A stretch of DNA of 64,000 nt from Squalus acanthias (GCA_030390025.1 CM059431.1:146942001-147006000), one strand, 5' to 3'; shown: positions 1-12,007, numbered from the stretch's first letter. The notes: generated from the letters alone by a model not told the origin. Numbers and translations are program-made.

Positions 1-2590
1 CGTGTAAAGGAAATTCTGAATAAAATGAATGATCTGGAACAAGAGGAATTGAAGGAGGACCAAATTATGATACATTGATCTGCAGGACATGGTTAACTAT
101 TTAGAATCTTACGCTAAAAGGTTAAACCAAATTTTAAAGGAGAATCTGAATGCCTCTAGTGAGGCCGCACGAAATGATGTTTGTGTAATGTATGGATCCT
201 GGTTAGTGGAACAAGCCCGTGATAACCTGCAGAGCATTGCTGAGGGGAACTCCCATTGTGGGTGACTGATCGACACCTGAGGGCAATGTCCACTTATCAA
301 TTTACCATCAATATGTGTAAAGTCAGGGGGTTGGTACAGGTATACCCGGTGAAACATGAATGCCATTTGCAGGAACAGAACGACATCACCTTATTAGGGA
401 TGGTGTTGGATTATCCTATCCTGCGCGAAAAGGCGACCCCGAATCCTCTATTCCGTGTGGAGAATAGAGGAGTACGCTAGGGAGACCGCTTAGTAAGGTA
501 TGACAAACCCCCGCAGTATGTGACCCGGGGGGATGGGACCACAAGGGTGGCCCCACATCTTACCGGGTGCGCTCAAGCTCGGGACACACTCATCTGCCCT
601 TATGACGTGTTAGAACACGCAGCCCCTTTGTCCGGTTTCGATTGGGATGGGATAGAGTGAAACTGCATCATGAAAGTAGTAGCAGGAAAGCATTTCCCCG
701 TACAATCTGGGTACCGAGGGAAAGGTGAGTATTGTGTCACCACCATACACCGGGAATACCTGTATGGTAACAACCTGACTTGTCCCATTGTGGCGGGAAC
801 TTTTTGCTTTACCCCAGTTCAACCTGTAAGACTTGGGGCGCGGGTTTATTAAGCATTTATTCGCATGGGCAAGTAGATATCGCTGTAGAAGATAAATTAA
901 AAGAGCAATTACACCAGTACGTGACTCGATTCCGCTATGACATTCCACCTCTACCAGAACAACTGGTAGAGTTAATGCAACGAGTTAGTTAGTCTCAAAA
1001 GTACTTTTATACGCTGTCCCAGATAAACCGGAACCTACGCAAAGAAATATATAAGATTGGGGACGATTCATTCTGGTGGGATATCGGTATGAGTATTGAG
1101 GTTCATCCCTGGATAAGAATTATCTCCCACGATTTGTTCATTGTTCAGTTGGTGATTTTGTTATAGAAACATAGAAACATAGATGATAGGAGCAGGAGTA
1201 GGCCATTGGGCCCCTCGAGCCTGCTCCGCCATTTAATGACATCATGGCTGATCATCCAAATTCAGTACCCTGTCCCTGCTTTCTCCCCATATCCCTTGAT
1301 CACTTTAGCCTGAAGAAATACATTTATCTCCTTCTTGAATATATTTAATTAATTGGCCTCAACTGCCTTCTTTGGGACAGAATTCCACAGGTTAACCACT
1401 CTTTGGGTGAAGAAATTCCTCCTCATCTCAGTCCTAAATGGTTTACCCCTTATCCTTAGACTGTGACCGCTGGTTCTGCACACCCCAGCCATCTAGTCTG
1501 TCTAGTCCTGTTAGAATTTTATAAGTTGCAATGAGATCTCCTCTCATTCTTCTAAACTGTAGCGAATAAAAGCCTAATCGACCCAATCGCTCTTTATATG
1601 TCATTCCTGCCATCCCAGGTATCAGTCTGGTGAATCTTCGCTGCACTCTCTCCATGGCAAGAACATCCTTCTTCAGATAAGGCGACCAAAACTGCACACA
1701 ATATTCAAGGTGTGGTCTCACCAAGGCCCTGTAAAGCTATAGCAAGACATCCTTGCTCCTGTATTTGAATCCTCTCGCTATGAAGGCAGACATACCATTT
1801 GACTTCTTAACCACCTGCTGCACCTGCGTGCTTACCTTCAGCGACTGGTGCACAAGGACACCCAGGTGTCGTTGCACTTCCCCTTCTTCCAATCTATTGC
1901 CGTTCAGATAATAATCTGCCTTCCTGTTTTTGCTACCAAAGTGGATAACCTCGCATGTATCCACATTATTACATCATCTGCCATGCATCTGCCCAATCAC
2001 CCAACCTGTCCAAATCATACTGGAGTTTCTCTGCATCCTCCTCACAGCACACACGCCCACCCAGCTTTGTGTAGTCTGCAAACTTGTAGGTATTACATCT
2101 AGTTCCCTCGTCCAGATCATTAATATATATTGTCAATAGCTGGGGTCCTAGCACCGATCCCTGCGGTACCCCACTAGTCACTGCCTGCAGCTCGGAAAAA
2201 GACCCGTTTATTCCAACTCTTTGCTTCCTGTCTGCCAACCAGTTCTATATCTAAGTCAGTACCTTACCCCCAATCCCATGTGCTTTAAATTTGCACGCTA
2301 ATCTCTTATGCGGGACCTTATCGAAAGCCTTCTGAAAGTCCAAATACACCACATCCACTGGTTCTCTCGTATCTATTCTACCAGCTACATCCACAAAAAA
2401 TTCCAGTAGATTAGTCAAGCATGATTTACCTTTTGTAAATCCATGCTGGCTTTGTCCGGTCCTGTCACTGTTTTCCAAGTTATATTTACTAACGATAACT
2501 TGTCGTGTCAACCGACGGCGCAAGCAGCAAGCATTGGACAAGCTGTTAAATTACAGGCCGAAGGAAGAACATAGTGCCTACAAGTTCTAA
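1..2590 (+). pseudogene. Decayed env/fusion-glycoprotein-like ORF of an LTR retroelement (5' part lies outside the window), interrupted by a CR1 at 1166-2480
   Basis: Pieces across frames give heptad-like helices (RVKEILNKMNDLEQEEL, IDLQDMVNYLESYAKRLNQILKENL), a Cys-rich block (CAQARDTLICPYD, YCVTT, CPIVAGTFCF) and a second helix (LPEQLVELMQRVS*SQKYFYTLSQINRNLRKEIYKI). These are followed by WWDIG...PW and a TM helix. The TM resumes in frame after the CR1: LFIVQLVILL|YLLTITCRVNRRRK...YKF* (TAA 2588-2590). Internal stops at 478, 658, 850 and 990. Confidence 0.7.
1166..2480 (-). mobile_element. 5'-truncated CR1-clade LINE (RT C-terminal half and 3' UTR)
   Basis: RT motifs VYLDFQKAFDKVPH, SGVPQGSVLGP, YKFADYTKL and RPHLEYCVQFWSP. 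ATAGAAAC tail repeats at the left end. GTTATA flanks both sides (1160-1165, 2479-2484). Confidence 0.95.
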
Positions 2591-2620
2591 GTGCCTGTGG
2601 ACCTTGACTCGGATGCACAG

Positions 2621-3440
2621 CCACTTGAGGGTGGACAATGTAGAACACACTATTTGAGGGTCGACACTGTACAATACGTTATTTGAGGGTTGACAAAGTA
2701 GAGCACACTATGTGAGGGTGAACACTGTACAACACACTATTTGAGGCTGGACACTGTACAACACACTATTTGAGGGTGGACACTGTGGAACACACTATTT
2801 GAGGGTGGACACTGTACAACAAACTATTTGAGGGTGGACACTGTAGAACACACTATTTGAGGGTGGACACTGTAGAACACACCATTTGAGCGTGGCCACT
2901 GTAGAACGCACTATTTGAGGGTGGACACTGTACAACACACCAGTTGAAGGTGGACACTGTAGAACACACTATTTGAGGGTGGACACTGTAGAACACACTA
3001 TTTGAGGGTGGACACTGGAGAACACACTATTTGAGGGTGGACACTGTAGAACACACTATTTGAGGTTGGCCTCTGTAGAACACACTATTTGAGGGGGGGT
3101 ACACTGTAGAACAGACTATTTAAGAACATAAGAACATAAGAACATAAGAAATAGGAGCAGGAGCAGGCCAATTGGCCCCTCGAGCCTGCTCCGCCATTCA
3201 ATAAGATCATGGGTGATCTGATCCTAACCGCCAATCTACTATCACAGAACCATCTCCTGAACCTAACAGAATTGGACACACGAAATAGGAGCAGGATCAG
3301 GCTACACGGCCCCTGGGCCCGCTACGCTACCCACAGGGCCATGACCGATCCGAACGTAGACTCATGTCCAAATTCCTGCCCGCTCCCCGTAACCCTTAAT
3401 TCCCTTTACTTTTGAGGGTGGACACTGTGGAACACACCAT
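2621..3440 (+). repeat. 29-bp tandem array (CACACTATTTGAGGGTGGACACTGTAGAA), ~18 units, interrupted by a CR1 3' fragment
   Basis: Direct 29-bp periodicity (CTATTTG at 2824 and 2853). The last unit resumes at ~3410 after the insert. Confidence 0.95.
3121..3411 (-). mobile_element. CR1 3'-end fragment (subfamily with doubled 3' module)
   Basis: (TAAGAACA)n tail. Near-identical to the 3' ends of the CR1s at ~29410-29702 and ~33940-34220. Confidence 0.9.
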
Positions 3441-4125
3441 TTGCTGTAACAGTTGATCAAATTTTACCATCATGCTTCGCGAGGACAAAGATTGTTTGCT
3501 GTGAGAACTTTGCAAAATAAACAGTTTGACGTGCAAGCTACAAAAGCTGCCAATTGCCTTTCAACAGATATGGAAAACAAGCTAATTGAGGTTCTGTGGG
3601 AACACGCTACTGACTGTGAAATGAGTGCAATAATGAAACATCTTCAGATTAGGGAATGGATCTAGCCTTGAGACACACAGTTGCTCAACGAACTAATGAT
3701 AAGAGGGACTGAGAAACAATTAATGACGATTATGACATACAGTTAGAAACATGAATGCTGCGGGCGAGTTTGCAAGTTTTGGACTATAAGTTTGTTGGAC
3801 ACTGACATTCGGGGCTATAGTCGATGGTGACCTGGTCAGGTGCCAGTTACAGTTAGTCATACATCTAGTCATCGTTGAATTGACCTCTCATCTGGTGAAT
3901 AGTATGTATGTGGTTTTACTTATAATCACCTCAGCTTAAAGTCAATGATTTTAGATGCTTGTTTGTGATAAGTACATGATTTGAGTACAGTTTGTATTCT
4001 GGAAATTACTTGTAACATCTTGTTGCTTTTTAAGTGAAATAAGTTTCACAGATTCATTGGGTTTTGTGTTGTTTGTTCCACGGGTCTGAACTCTATAAAC
4101 TTTCAGACAATCAGAACGAATTACA
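3426..4125 (+). mobile_element. Candidate 3' LTR (~700 bp) of the env-bearing retroelement
   Basis: Starts TGT just after purine-rich GAGGGTGGA and ends TTACA at 4121-4125, just before an unrelated satellite begins. Non-coding, TATA-like motifs (e.g. TATAAG ~3785), lies downstream of the env-like stop. The partner LTR is not in the window. Confidence 0.5.
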
Positions 4126-4127
4126 GT

Positions 4128-5005
4128 TCTGACCGAGACCTCCTCCAGAGGAGACTGACCGAGATCTCCTCCAGAGACTGACCGAGACCTCCTCCAGAGA
4201 TTGACCGAGACCTCCTCCAGAGGGGACTGACCGAGTCCTCCTCCAGAGGGGACTGACCGAGACCTCCTACAGAGGAGACTGACCGAGACCTCCTCCAGAG
4301 ACTGACCGAGACCTCCTCCAGAGGGAATTCACCGATACCTCCTCCAGAGAGGACTGACCGATAACTCCTCCAGAGGGGATTCACCGATACCTCCTCCAGA
4401 GTGGATTCACCGAGACCTCCTGCAGAGGGGACTGACCGAGGCCTTAATCAGAGGAGACTGATCGAGACCTTCTGCAGAGTGGATTGCACGAGACCTCCTC
4501 CAAAGGAGACTGACCGAGTCCTCCCCCAAAAGGGACTGACCGAGACCTCCTCCAGAGGAGACTGACCGAGACATCCCCCAGAGGGGACTGACTGAGAGCT
4601 CCTCCTGAGGGGACTGACTGAGACCTCCTCCAGAGGCAACTGACCGAGACCTCCTCCAGAGGAGACTGACCGAGACCTCCTCCAGAGGAGACTGACCGAG
4701 ACCTCCTCCAGAGGGGACTGACCGAGACCTCCTCCAGAGACTGACCGAGACCTCCTCCAGAGGGAACTGACCGAGACCTCCTCCAGAGGGGACTGACCCG
4801 GACCTCCTCCAGAAGAGACTGACCGAAACCTCCTCCTGAGGGGACTGACCGCGACCTCCTCCAGAGGAGACTGACCGAGACCTCCTCCAGAGGGGACTGA
4901 CCGAGACCTCCTCCAGAAGGGACTGACAGAGACCTCCTCCTGAGGGGACTGACCGAAACCTCCTCCAGAGGAGACTGACCGAGACCTCCTCCAGGGGAGA
5001 CTGAA
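4128..5005 (+). repeat. 26-bp minisatellite (GAGACCTCCTCCAGAGGAGACTGACC) with shorter variants
   Basis: Direct periodicity; ACTGAC at 4561 and 4587. Confidence 0.95.
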
Positions 5006-5324
5006 CGCGGCCTTCTTCACACGTTGTACACAATGGGGCCCACCTGAATTCTGTCTGCTTATTACCTGGGTTAAATTTTCTCTCTTAGCCCTGGTTTTAT
5101 TGTCGGGTTAACAAGTTACTGTTCGATTGTGGCCCTTGTGTTTTAAAGAGGTGAACGCCTGGGTTAAAGTAGCCCGGCCTGCAATGTTACAAAAGCATGT
5201 TAACTCGGTGTGTGATGAAAAGGGGCTGAGAGGAAATTAATGTCGGAAAAGTGAACCCGTGGATGGACATTTCAAAATAATGCTTGTGTTTCGGAGCGAT
5301 GCGACAACTTTGAGGGAACATGGA

Positions 5325-6160
5325 GGCCATTTGATGGGTTCTGATGGAGTAAATAGGGAGAACCTATTTCCAGTGGCAGGAGGGTGGGTAACCAAAGGAC
5401 ACAGGTTTAAAGTAATTGCCAAAAGAACCAGAGCACAGATAAGGAGGATGTTTTATGCAGCGAGTTGTTCTGATCTGGAATGCACTGCCTGGTGGAGGTA
5501 GATTGTACAGTATAGTTGTAAAGAAACAGTTTGCAGGGCTACGGGAAGAGAGAGGGACTAATTGGATTTCTCTTTCATCGAAACATAGAAACATAGAAGA
5601 TAGGAGCAGGAGTAGGCCACTCGGCCCCTCGAGCCTGCTCCACCATTCAATGCTTTGATGGTTGAGCATCCAAATTCAGTACCCTGTCCCTGCTTTCTCC
5701 CCATATCCCTTGATGCCCTTAGCCTTAAGAAATACAACCAACTCCTTCTTGAATATATTTAATGAATTGGACTCAACTGTCTTGTGTGGTAGAGAATGCC
5801 ACAGGTTCACCACTCTCTGGGTGAAGAAATTCCTCCTCATCTCAGTCCTAAATGCCTTACCCCTTATCCTTAGACTGTGACCCCTGGTTCTGGACTCCCC
5901 CACCATCGGGAACATGCTTCCTGCATCTAGTCTGTCTAGTCCTGTTAGAATTTTATAAGTTTCAATGAGATCCCCTCTGATTCTTCTAAACTCCAGCGAA
6001 TACAAGGCCAATCGACCCATTCTCTCTTCATACGTCATTCCTGCCATCCCAGGTATCAGTCTGGTGAATCTCGCTGCACTCCCTCCATGGCAAGAACATC
6101 CTTCCTCAAAGAGCCGGCATAGACAGGATGGGCCGAATGGGCTGTATGATTCTATGATTT
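5325..6160 (+). mobile_element. Older CR1 3' fragment split by a younger antisense CR1
   Basis: GVNRENLFPVAGGWVTKGHRFKV-like RT C-terminus. Its 3' UTR resumes at ~6108 (AAAGAGCCGGCATAGACAGGATGGGCCGAATGG...ATGATTCTATGATT). Confidence 0.75.
5579..6107 (-). mobile_element. 5'-truncated CR1 (ATAGAAAC-tail subfamily)
   Basis: RFTRLIPGMAGMTYEERMGRLALYSLEFRR...GYGEKAGTGY. Same subfamily as 1166-2480. Confidence 0.93.
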
Positions 6161-6514
6161 GTTGCAGATTGATGGGGTCCATTTTGCTGCAGGGTGATAT
6201 TGATCATTTTGCGACTGGTCCATGGCGGCCATTTCCCGTTGCCTGTGGGGCCACTTTTAGAGTCCCTGCTGCGCTCTTTTGCTGACACTCAGTCTCACCA
6301 TCTAGTGTAAATTGTATATACAGCCTCCCGAGTAAGACCACCCGCTTCAATAGGCCGACAGGTCGCGTCTACAGTGTCGTTTGGAGAAGGTGGGATGTCC
6401 TTTTGAGGAGCCATTATTTAATATATTAAAAAAATGAAGCCAGTTTTTATGAAAAGGACGAGGAGATCAGGCGTGAGCTGAAGTAAGCGGTGAAGATTTA
6501 TTAACACAACACAG

Positions 6515-6830
6515 GGACAACAACAATAACTTGCATTTATATAGCGACTTTAATGTAGTGAAACGTCACGAGGCAATTCTCAGTCAAAATTTGACACTGA
6601 GCCACGTAAAGAGATTTTAGGAGAGATGACCAAATGCTTGGTAAAAGAGGTAGGTTTTAACAAGCGTATGAAGGCGAGGAAAGAGAGGTAGAGCTGCGAG
6701 GAGGTTTGGGGAGGGAATTCCAGAGTTTAGGGCCTTGGCAACTGAAGTCATGGCGCCAATGTGGAGCAACGAAAATCGAGGATGCGCAACAGGTCAGAGG
6801 AGTGGAGAGATCTCGAAGGGTTGTCGGGTC
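6515..6830 (-). mobile_element. L2-clade LINE 3' fragment
   Basis: ACAACAACAATAACTTGCATTTATATAGCG tail typical of an L2 3' end; FSCQGPKLWNSLPK motif. Confidence 0.7.
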
Positions 6831-7868
6831 ACTTGTGACAGAGTCTGACTCCTCACTGGGAGAAACAAACACTGTACACAGGGACACTTGTTACAGAGTC
6901 CGACTCCTCACTGGGAGAGACACACACTGTACACAGGGACACTTGTTACAGAGTCAGACACCTCACTGGGAGAGACACACACTGTACACAGGGAAACTTG
7001 TTACAGAGTCTGACTCCTCACTGGGAGAGACACACACTGTAGACAGGAACACTTGTTACAGAGTCTGACACCTCACTGGGAGAGACACACGTTGTACACA
7101 GGGACACTTGTTACAGATTCTGACTCTTCACTGGGAGAGACATACACTGTACACAGGGACACTTGTTACAGAGTCTGGCTCCTCACTGGGAGAGACACAC
7201 TCTGTACACAGGGATACTTGTTACAGAGTCTGACTCCTCACTGGGAGAGACACACACTGTACACAGGGACACTTGTCACAGAGACTGACTCCTCACTGGG
7301 AGAGACACACACTGTACACAGGGACACTTGTCACAGAGACTGACTCCTCACTGGGAGAGACACACACTGTACACAGGGACACTTGTTACATAGTCTGACT
7401 CCTCACTGGGTGGCACACAATGTACACAGGGACAATTGTTACAGAGTCTGACTCCTCACTGGGAGAGACACATACTGTACACAGGAAAACTTGTTACAGA
7501 GTCTGACTCCTCACTGGGAGACACACACTGTAGACAGGGACACTTGGTGCAGACTCCGACTCCTCAGTGGGAGAGACACACACCGTATACAGGGACACTT
7601 GTTACAGAGTCTGATTCCTCACTGGGAGAGACACACACTGTACACAGGGACACTTGTTACAGAGTCTGACACCTCACTGGGAGAGACACACGTTGTACAC
7701 AGGGACACTTGTTACAGAGTCTGACTCCTCACTGGGAGAGACACACTCTGTACACAGGGACACTTGTTACAGAGTCTGACTCCTCACTGGGAGAGACACG
7801 CACTGTACACAGGGACACTTGTTACAGAGTCTGACTCCTCACTGGGAGACACACACACTGTACACAGG

Positions 7869-8397
7869 GCCACTTCTTATCAGCACATTTTAGGAAGGAT
7901 GTGAAGGCTCTTGAGAGGGTGCAGAGGAGATTCATCAGAATGGTTCCGGGATGTGGGATCTTAGAACAGGTTGGAGAAGCTGGATTTGTTTTCATTAGAG
8001 CAAAGGAGGTTGAGGGGTGATTTGATAGAGAAATATAAGATTATGACGGGTTTTGAAATGCTAGACGGGGAACGGCTGTTTCAACAAGTTGGTGGTACAA
8101 GGACTAGGGGCCACAGTTTTAAGGTTTTGGCAATAGGTACAGGGGGGATGTGAGGAAATACTTTTTACGCAGCGAGTGCTGAGGATCTGGAATTCGCTGC
8201 CGACGGAAGTGGTGAAAGCGGACACACTCAATGTTTTCAAGGGATGACTGGATAGGCACTTGAAGGAAATAAACTTGCAGGACTACGGGGATAGAGCGTG
8301 GAAAGGATCTGACTGGATTGCGCTACAGAGAGCCGGCACTGACTCGATGTGCCGAATGGCCTCCTTCTGTGCAGTTATAACAATGACTCTATGACTC
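7869..8397 (+). mobile_element. CR1 3' fragment, copy 1 inside the 55-bp array
   Basis: LEKLDLFSLEQRRLRGDLIEKYKIM; ATGACTCT tail. Confidence 0.9.
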
Positions 8398-9431
8398 TTG
8401 TTACAGAGTCCGACTCCTCTCCGGCAGAGACACACACTGCACACAGGGACACTTGTTACATAGTCAGACTCGTCACTGGGAGAGACACACACTGTACACA
8501 GGGACACTTGTTACATAGTCTGACTCCTCACTGGGAGAGACACACACTGTACACAGGGACACTTGTTACAGAGACTGACTCCTCACTGGGTGACACACAC
8601 TGTACACAGGGACAATTGTTACAGAGTCTGACTCCTCACTGGGAGAGACACACACTGTACACAGGGACACTTGTTACAGAGTCTGACACCTCACTGGGAG
8701 AGACACACGTTGTACACAGGGACACTTGTTACAGAGTCTGACTCTTCACTGGGAGAGACACACTCTGTACACAGGGACACTTGTTACAGAGTCTGACTCC
8801 TCACTGGGAGAGACACACACTGTACACAGGGACACTTGTTACAGAGTCTGACTCCTCACTGGGAGACACACACTGTACACAGGGACAATTGTTACAGAGT
8901 CTGACTCCTCACTGGGAGAGACACGCACTGTACACAGTGACACTTGTTACAGAGTCTGACTCCTCACTGGGAGAGACACACACTTTACACAGGAAAACTT
9001 GTTACAGAGTCTGACTCCTCACTGGGAGACACACACTGTAGACAGGGACACTTGGTGCAGACTCCGACTCCTCAGTGGGAGAGACACACACCGTATACAG
9101 GGACACTTGTTACAGAGTCTGATTCCTCACTGGGAGAGACACACACTGTACACAGGGACACTTGTTACAGAGTCTGATTCCTCACTGGGAGAGACACACG
9201 TTGTACACAGGGACACTTGTTACAGAGTCTGACTCTTCACTGGGAGAGACACATTCTGTACACAGGGACACTTGTTACAGAGTCTGACTCCTCACTGGGA
9301 GAGACACGCACTGTACACAGGGACACTTGTTACAGAGTATGACTCCTCACTGGGAGAGGCACACACTGTACAAAGGGACACTTGTTACAGAGTCTGACTC
9401 CTCACTGGGAGACACACACACTGTACACAGG

Positions 9432-9960
9432 GCCACTTCTTATCAGCACATTTTAGGAAGGATGTGAAGGCTCTTGAGAGGGTGCAGAGGAGATTCATCA
9501 GAATGGTTCCGGGATGTGGGATCTTAGAACAGGTTGGAGAAGCTGGATTTGTTTTCATTAGAGCAATGGAGGTTGAGGGGTGATTTGATAGAGAAATATA
9601 AGATTATGACGGGTTTTGAAATGCTAGACGGGGAACGGCTGTTCCAACAAGTTGGTGGTACAAGGACTAGGGGCCACAGTTTTAAGGTTTTGGCAATAGG
9701 TACAGGGGGGATGTGAGGAAATACTTTTTACGCAGCGAGTGCTGAGGATCTGGAATTCGCTGCCGACGGAAGTGGTGAAAGCGGACACACTCAATGTTTT
9801 CAAGGGATGACTGGATAGGCACTTGAAGGAAATAAACTTGCAGGACTACGGGGATAGAGCGTGGAAAGGATCTGACTGGATTGCTCTACAGAGAGCCGGC
9901 ACTGACTCGATGTGCCGAATGGCCTCCTTCTGTGCAGTTATAACAATGACTCTATGACTC
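9432..9960 (+). mobile_element. CR1 3' fragment, copy 2
   Basis: Near-identical to 7869-8397, with the same junctions. Confidence 0.9.
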
Positions 9961-10448
9961 TTGTTACAGAGTCCGACTCTTCTCCGGCAGAGACACACAC
10001 TGCACACAGGGACACTTGTTACATAGTCTGACTCCTCACTGGGAGAGACACACACTGTACACAGGGACACTTGTTACAGAGACTGACTCCTCACTGGGTG
10101 ACACACACTGTACACAGGGACAATTGTTACAGAGTCTGACTCCTCACTGGGAGAGACACACACTGTACACAGGGACACTTGTTACAGAGTCTGACACCTC
10201 ACTGGGAGAGACACACGTTGTACACAGGGACACTTGTTACAGAGTCTGACTCTTCACTGGGAGAGACACACTCTGTACACAGGGACAATTGTTACAGAGT
10301 CTGACTCCTCACTGGGAGAGGCACGCACTGTACACAGGGACACTTGTTACAGAGTCTGAATCCTCACTGGGAGAGACACACACTGTACAAAGGGACACTT
10401 GTTACAGAGTCTGACTCCTCACTGGGAGACACACACACTGTACACAGG

Positions 10449-10977
10449 GCCACTTCTTATCAGCACATTTTAGGAAGGATGTGAAGGCTCTTGAGAGGGT
10501 GCAGAGGAGATTCATCAGAATGGTTCCGGGATGTGGGATCTTAGAACAGGTTGGAGAAGCTGGATTTGTTTTCATTAGAGCAAAGGAGGTTGAGGGGTGA
10601 TTTGATAGAGAAATATAAGATTATGACGGGTTTTGAAATGCTAGACGGGGAACGGCTGTTCCAAAAAGTTGGTAGTACAATAACAAGGGGCCACAGTTTT
10701 AAGGTTTTGGCAATAGGTACAGGGGGGATGTGAGGAAATACTTTTTACGCAGCGAGTGCTGAGGATCTGGAATTCGCTGCCGACGGAAGTGGTGAAAGCG
10801 GACACACCCAATGTTTTCAAGGGATGACTGGATAGGCACTTGAAGGAAATAAACTTGCAGGACTACGGGGACAGAGCGTGGAAAGGATCTGACTGGATTG
10901 CTCTACAGAGAGCCGGCACTGACTCGATGTGCCGAATGGCCTCCTTCTGTGCAGTTATAACAATGACTCTATGACTC
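10449..10977 (+). mobile_element. CR1 3' fragment, copy 3
   Basis: Near-identical to 7869-8397, with the same junctions. Confidence 0.9.
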
Positions 10978-12007
10978 TTGTTACAGAGTCCGACTCCTCT
11001 CCGGCAGAGACACACACTGCACACAGGGACACTTGTTACATAGTCAGACTCGTCACTGGGAGAGACACACACTGTACACAGGGACACTTGTTACATAGTC
11101 TGACTCTTCACTGGGAGGCACACAATGTACACAGGGACAATTGTTACAGAGTCTGACTCCTCACTGGGAGACACACACTGTAGACAGGGACACTTGGTGC
11201 AGACTCCGACTCCTCAGTGGGAGAGACACACACCGTATACAGGGACACTTGTTACAGAGTCTGATTCCTCACTGGGAGAGACACACACTGTACACAGGGA
11301 CACTTGTTACAGTGTCTGACTCCTCAGTGGGAGAGACACACACCGTAAACAGGGACACTTGTTACAGAATCTGACTCCTCACTGGGAGAGACACACAATG
11401 TACACAGGGACACTTGTTGCAGAATCCGACTCCTCACTGGGAGAGACACACACTGTAGACAGGGACACTTGGTGCAGACTCCGACTCCTCAGTGGGAGAG
11501 ACACACACCGTATACAGGGACACTTGTTACAGAATCTGACTCCTCACTGGGAGAGACACACACTGTACACAGGGACACTTGTTACAGAGTGCGACACCTC
11601 ACTGGGAGAGACAAACCCTGTACACAGGGACTGTGGTTACAGAGATCGAATCCTCTTTGGGAGAGACACCCAGGAATATTGAGTGCAATTGTCACTGTCC
11701 CACTGCAGCCCAGACTGAGTCCTACCCTGGTCCCTTCCTATCTGTGCATTTTCCTAGTGCCCCATTGGGGAACATTCAGCCCCGGATATCCTGCAGAAGC
11801 AGCGCTGTGGGGCCGGGCGGCTGAGTCTCGGGACCCTGTGTCTGGGCCTCTGACCTCACAATGGGAGATGACGCTCAGCTCGAGCTGGAACCCTTTAAAG
11901 GACCGATAGGATTTAAACCCGGATCTCAGCCGCTTAAAGGAGAGGGGCAGAACATCGGCTAAACATTGCCATATAATGAGAACAGTGATTGTCATCAATT
12001 GAAATGT

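Larger units (their letters stand above)
6826..11670 (+). repeat. 55-bp satellite (GACACTTGTTACAGAGTCTGACTCCTCACTGGGAGAGACACACACTGTACACAGG) containing three copies of one CR1 fragment
   Basis: Direct periodicity with 53-bp variants. Confidence 0.97.

Noticed and set aside
2621..3120. 29-bp repeats as a CRISPR array
   Set aside because: Units are head-to-tail with no unique spacers, there are no cas genes, and the context is a spliced vertebrate locus.
4121..5033. SR-rich ORFs (WRRSRSVSSGGG)
   Set aside because: A 26-bp unit cycling through frames; not an SR protein.
6706..11682. Repeated ORFs LQSLTPHWERHTLYTGTLVTESDSSLGE
   Set aside because: Translation of the 55-bp satellite.
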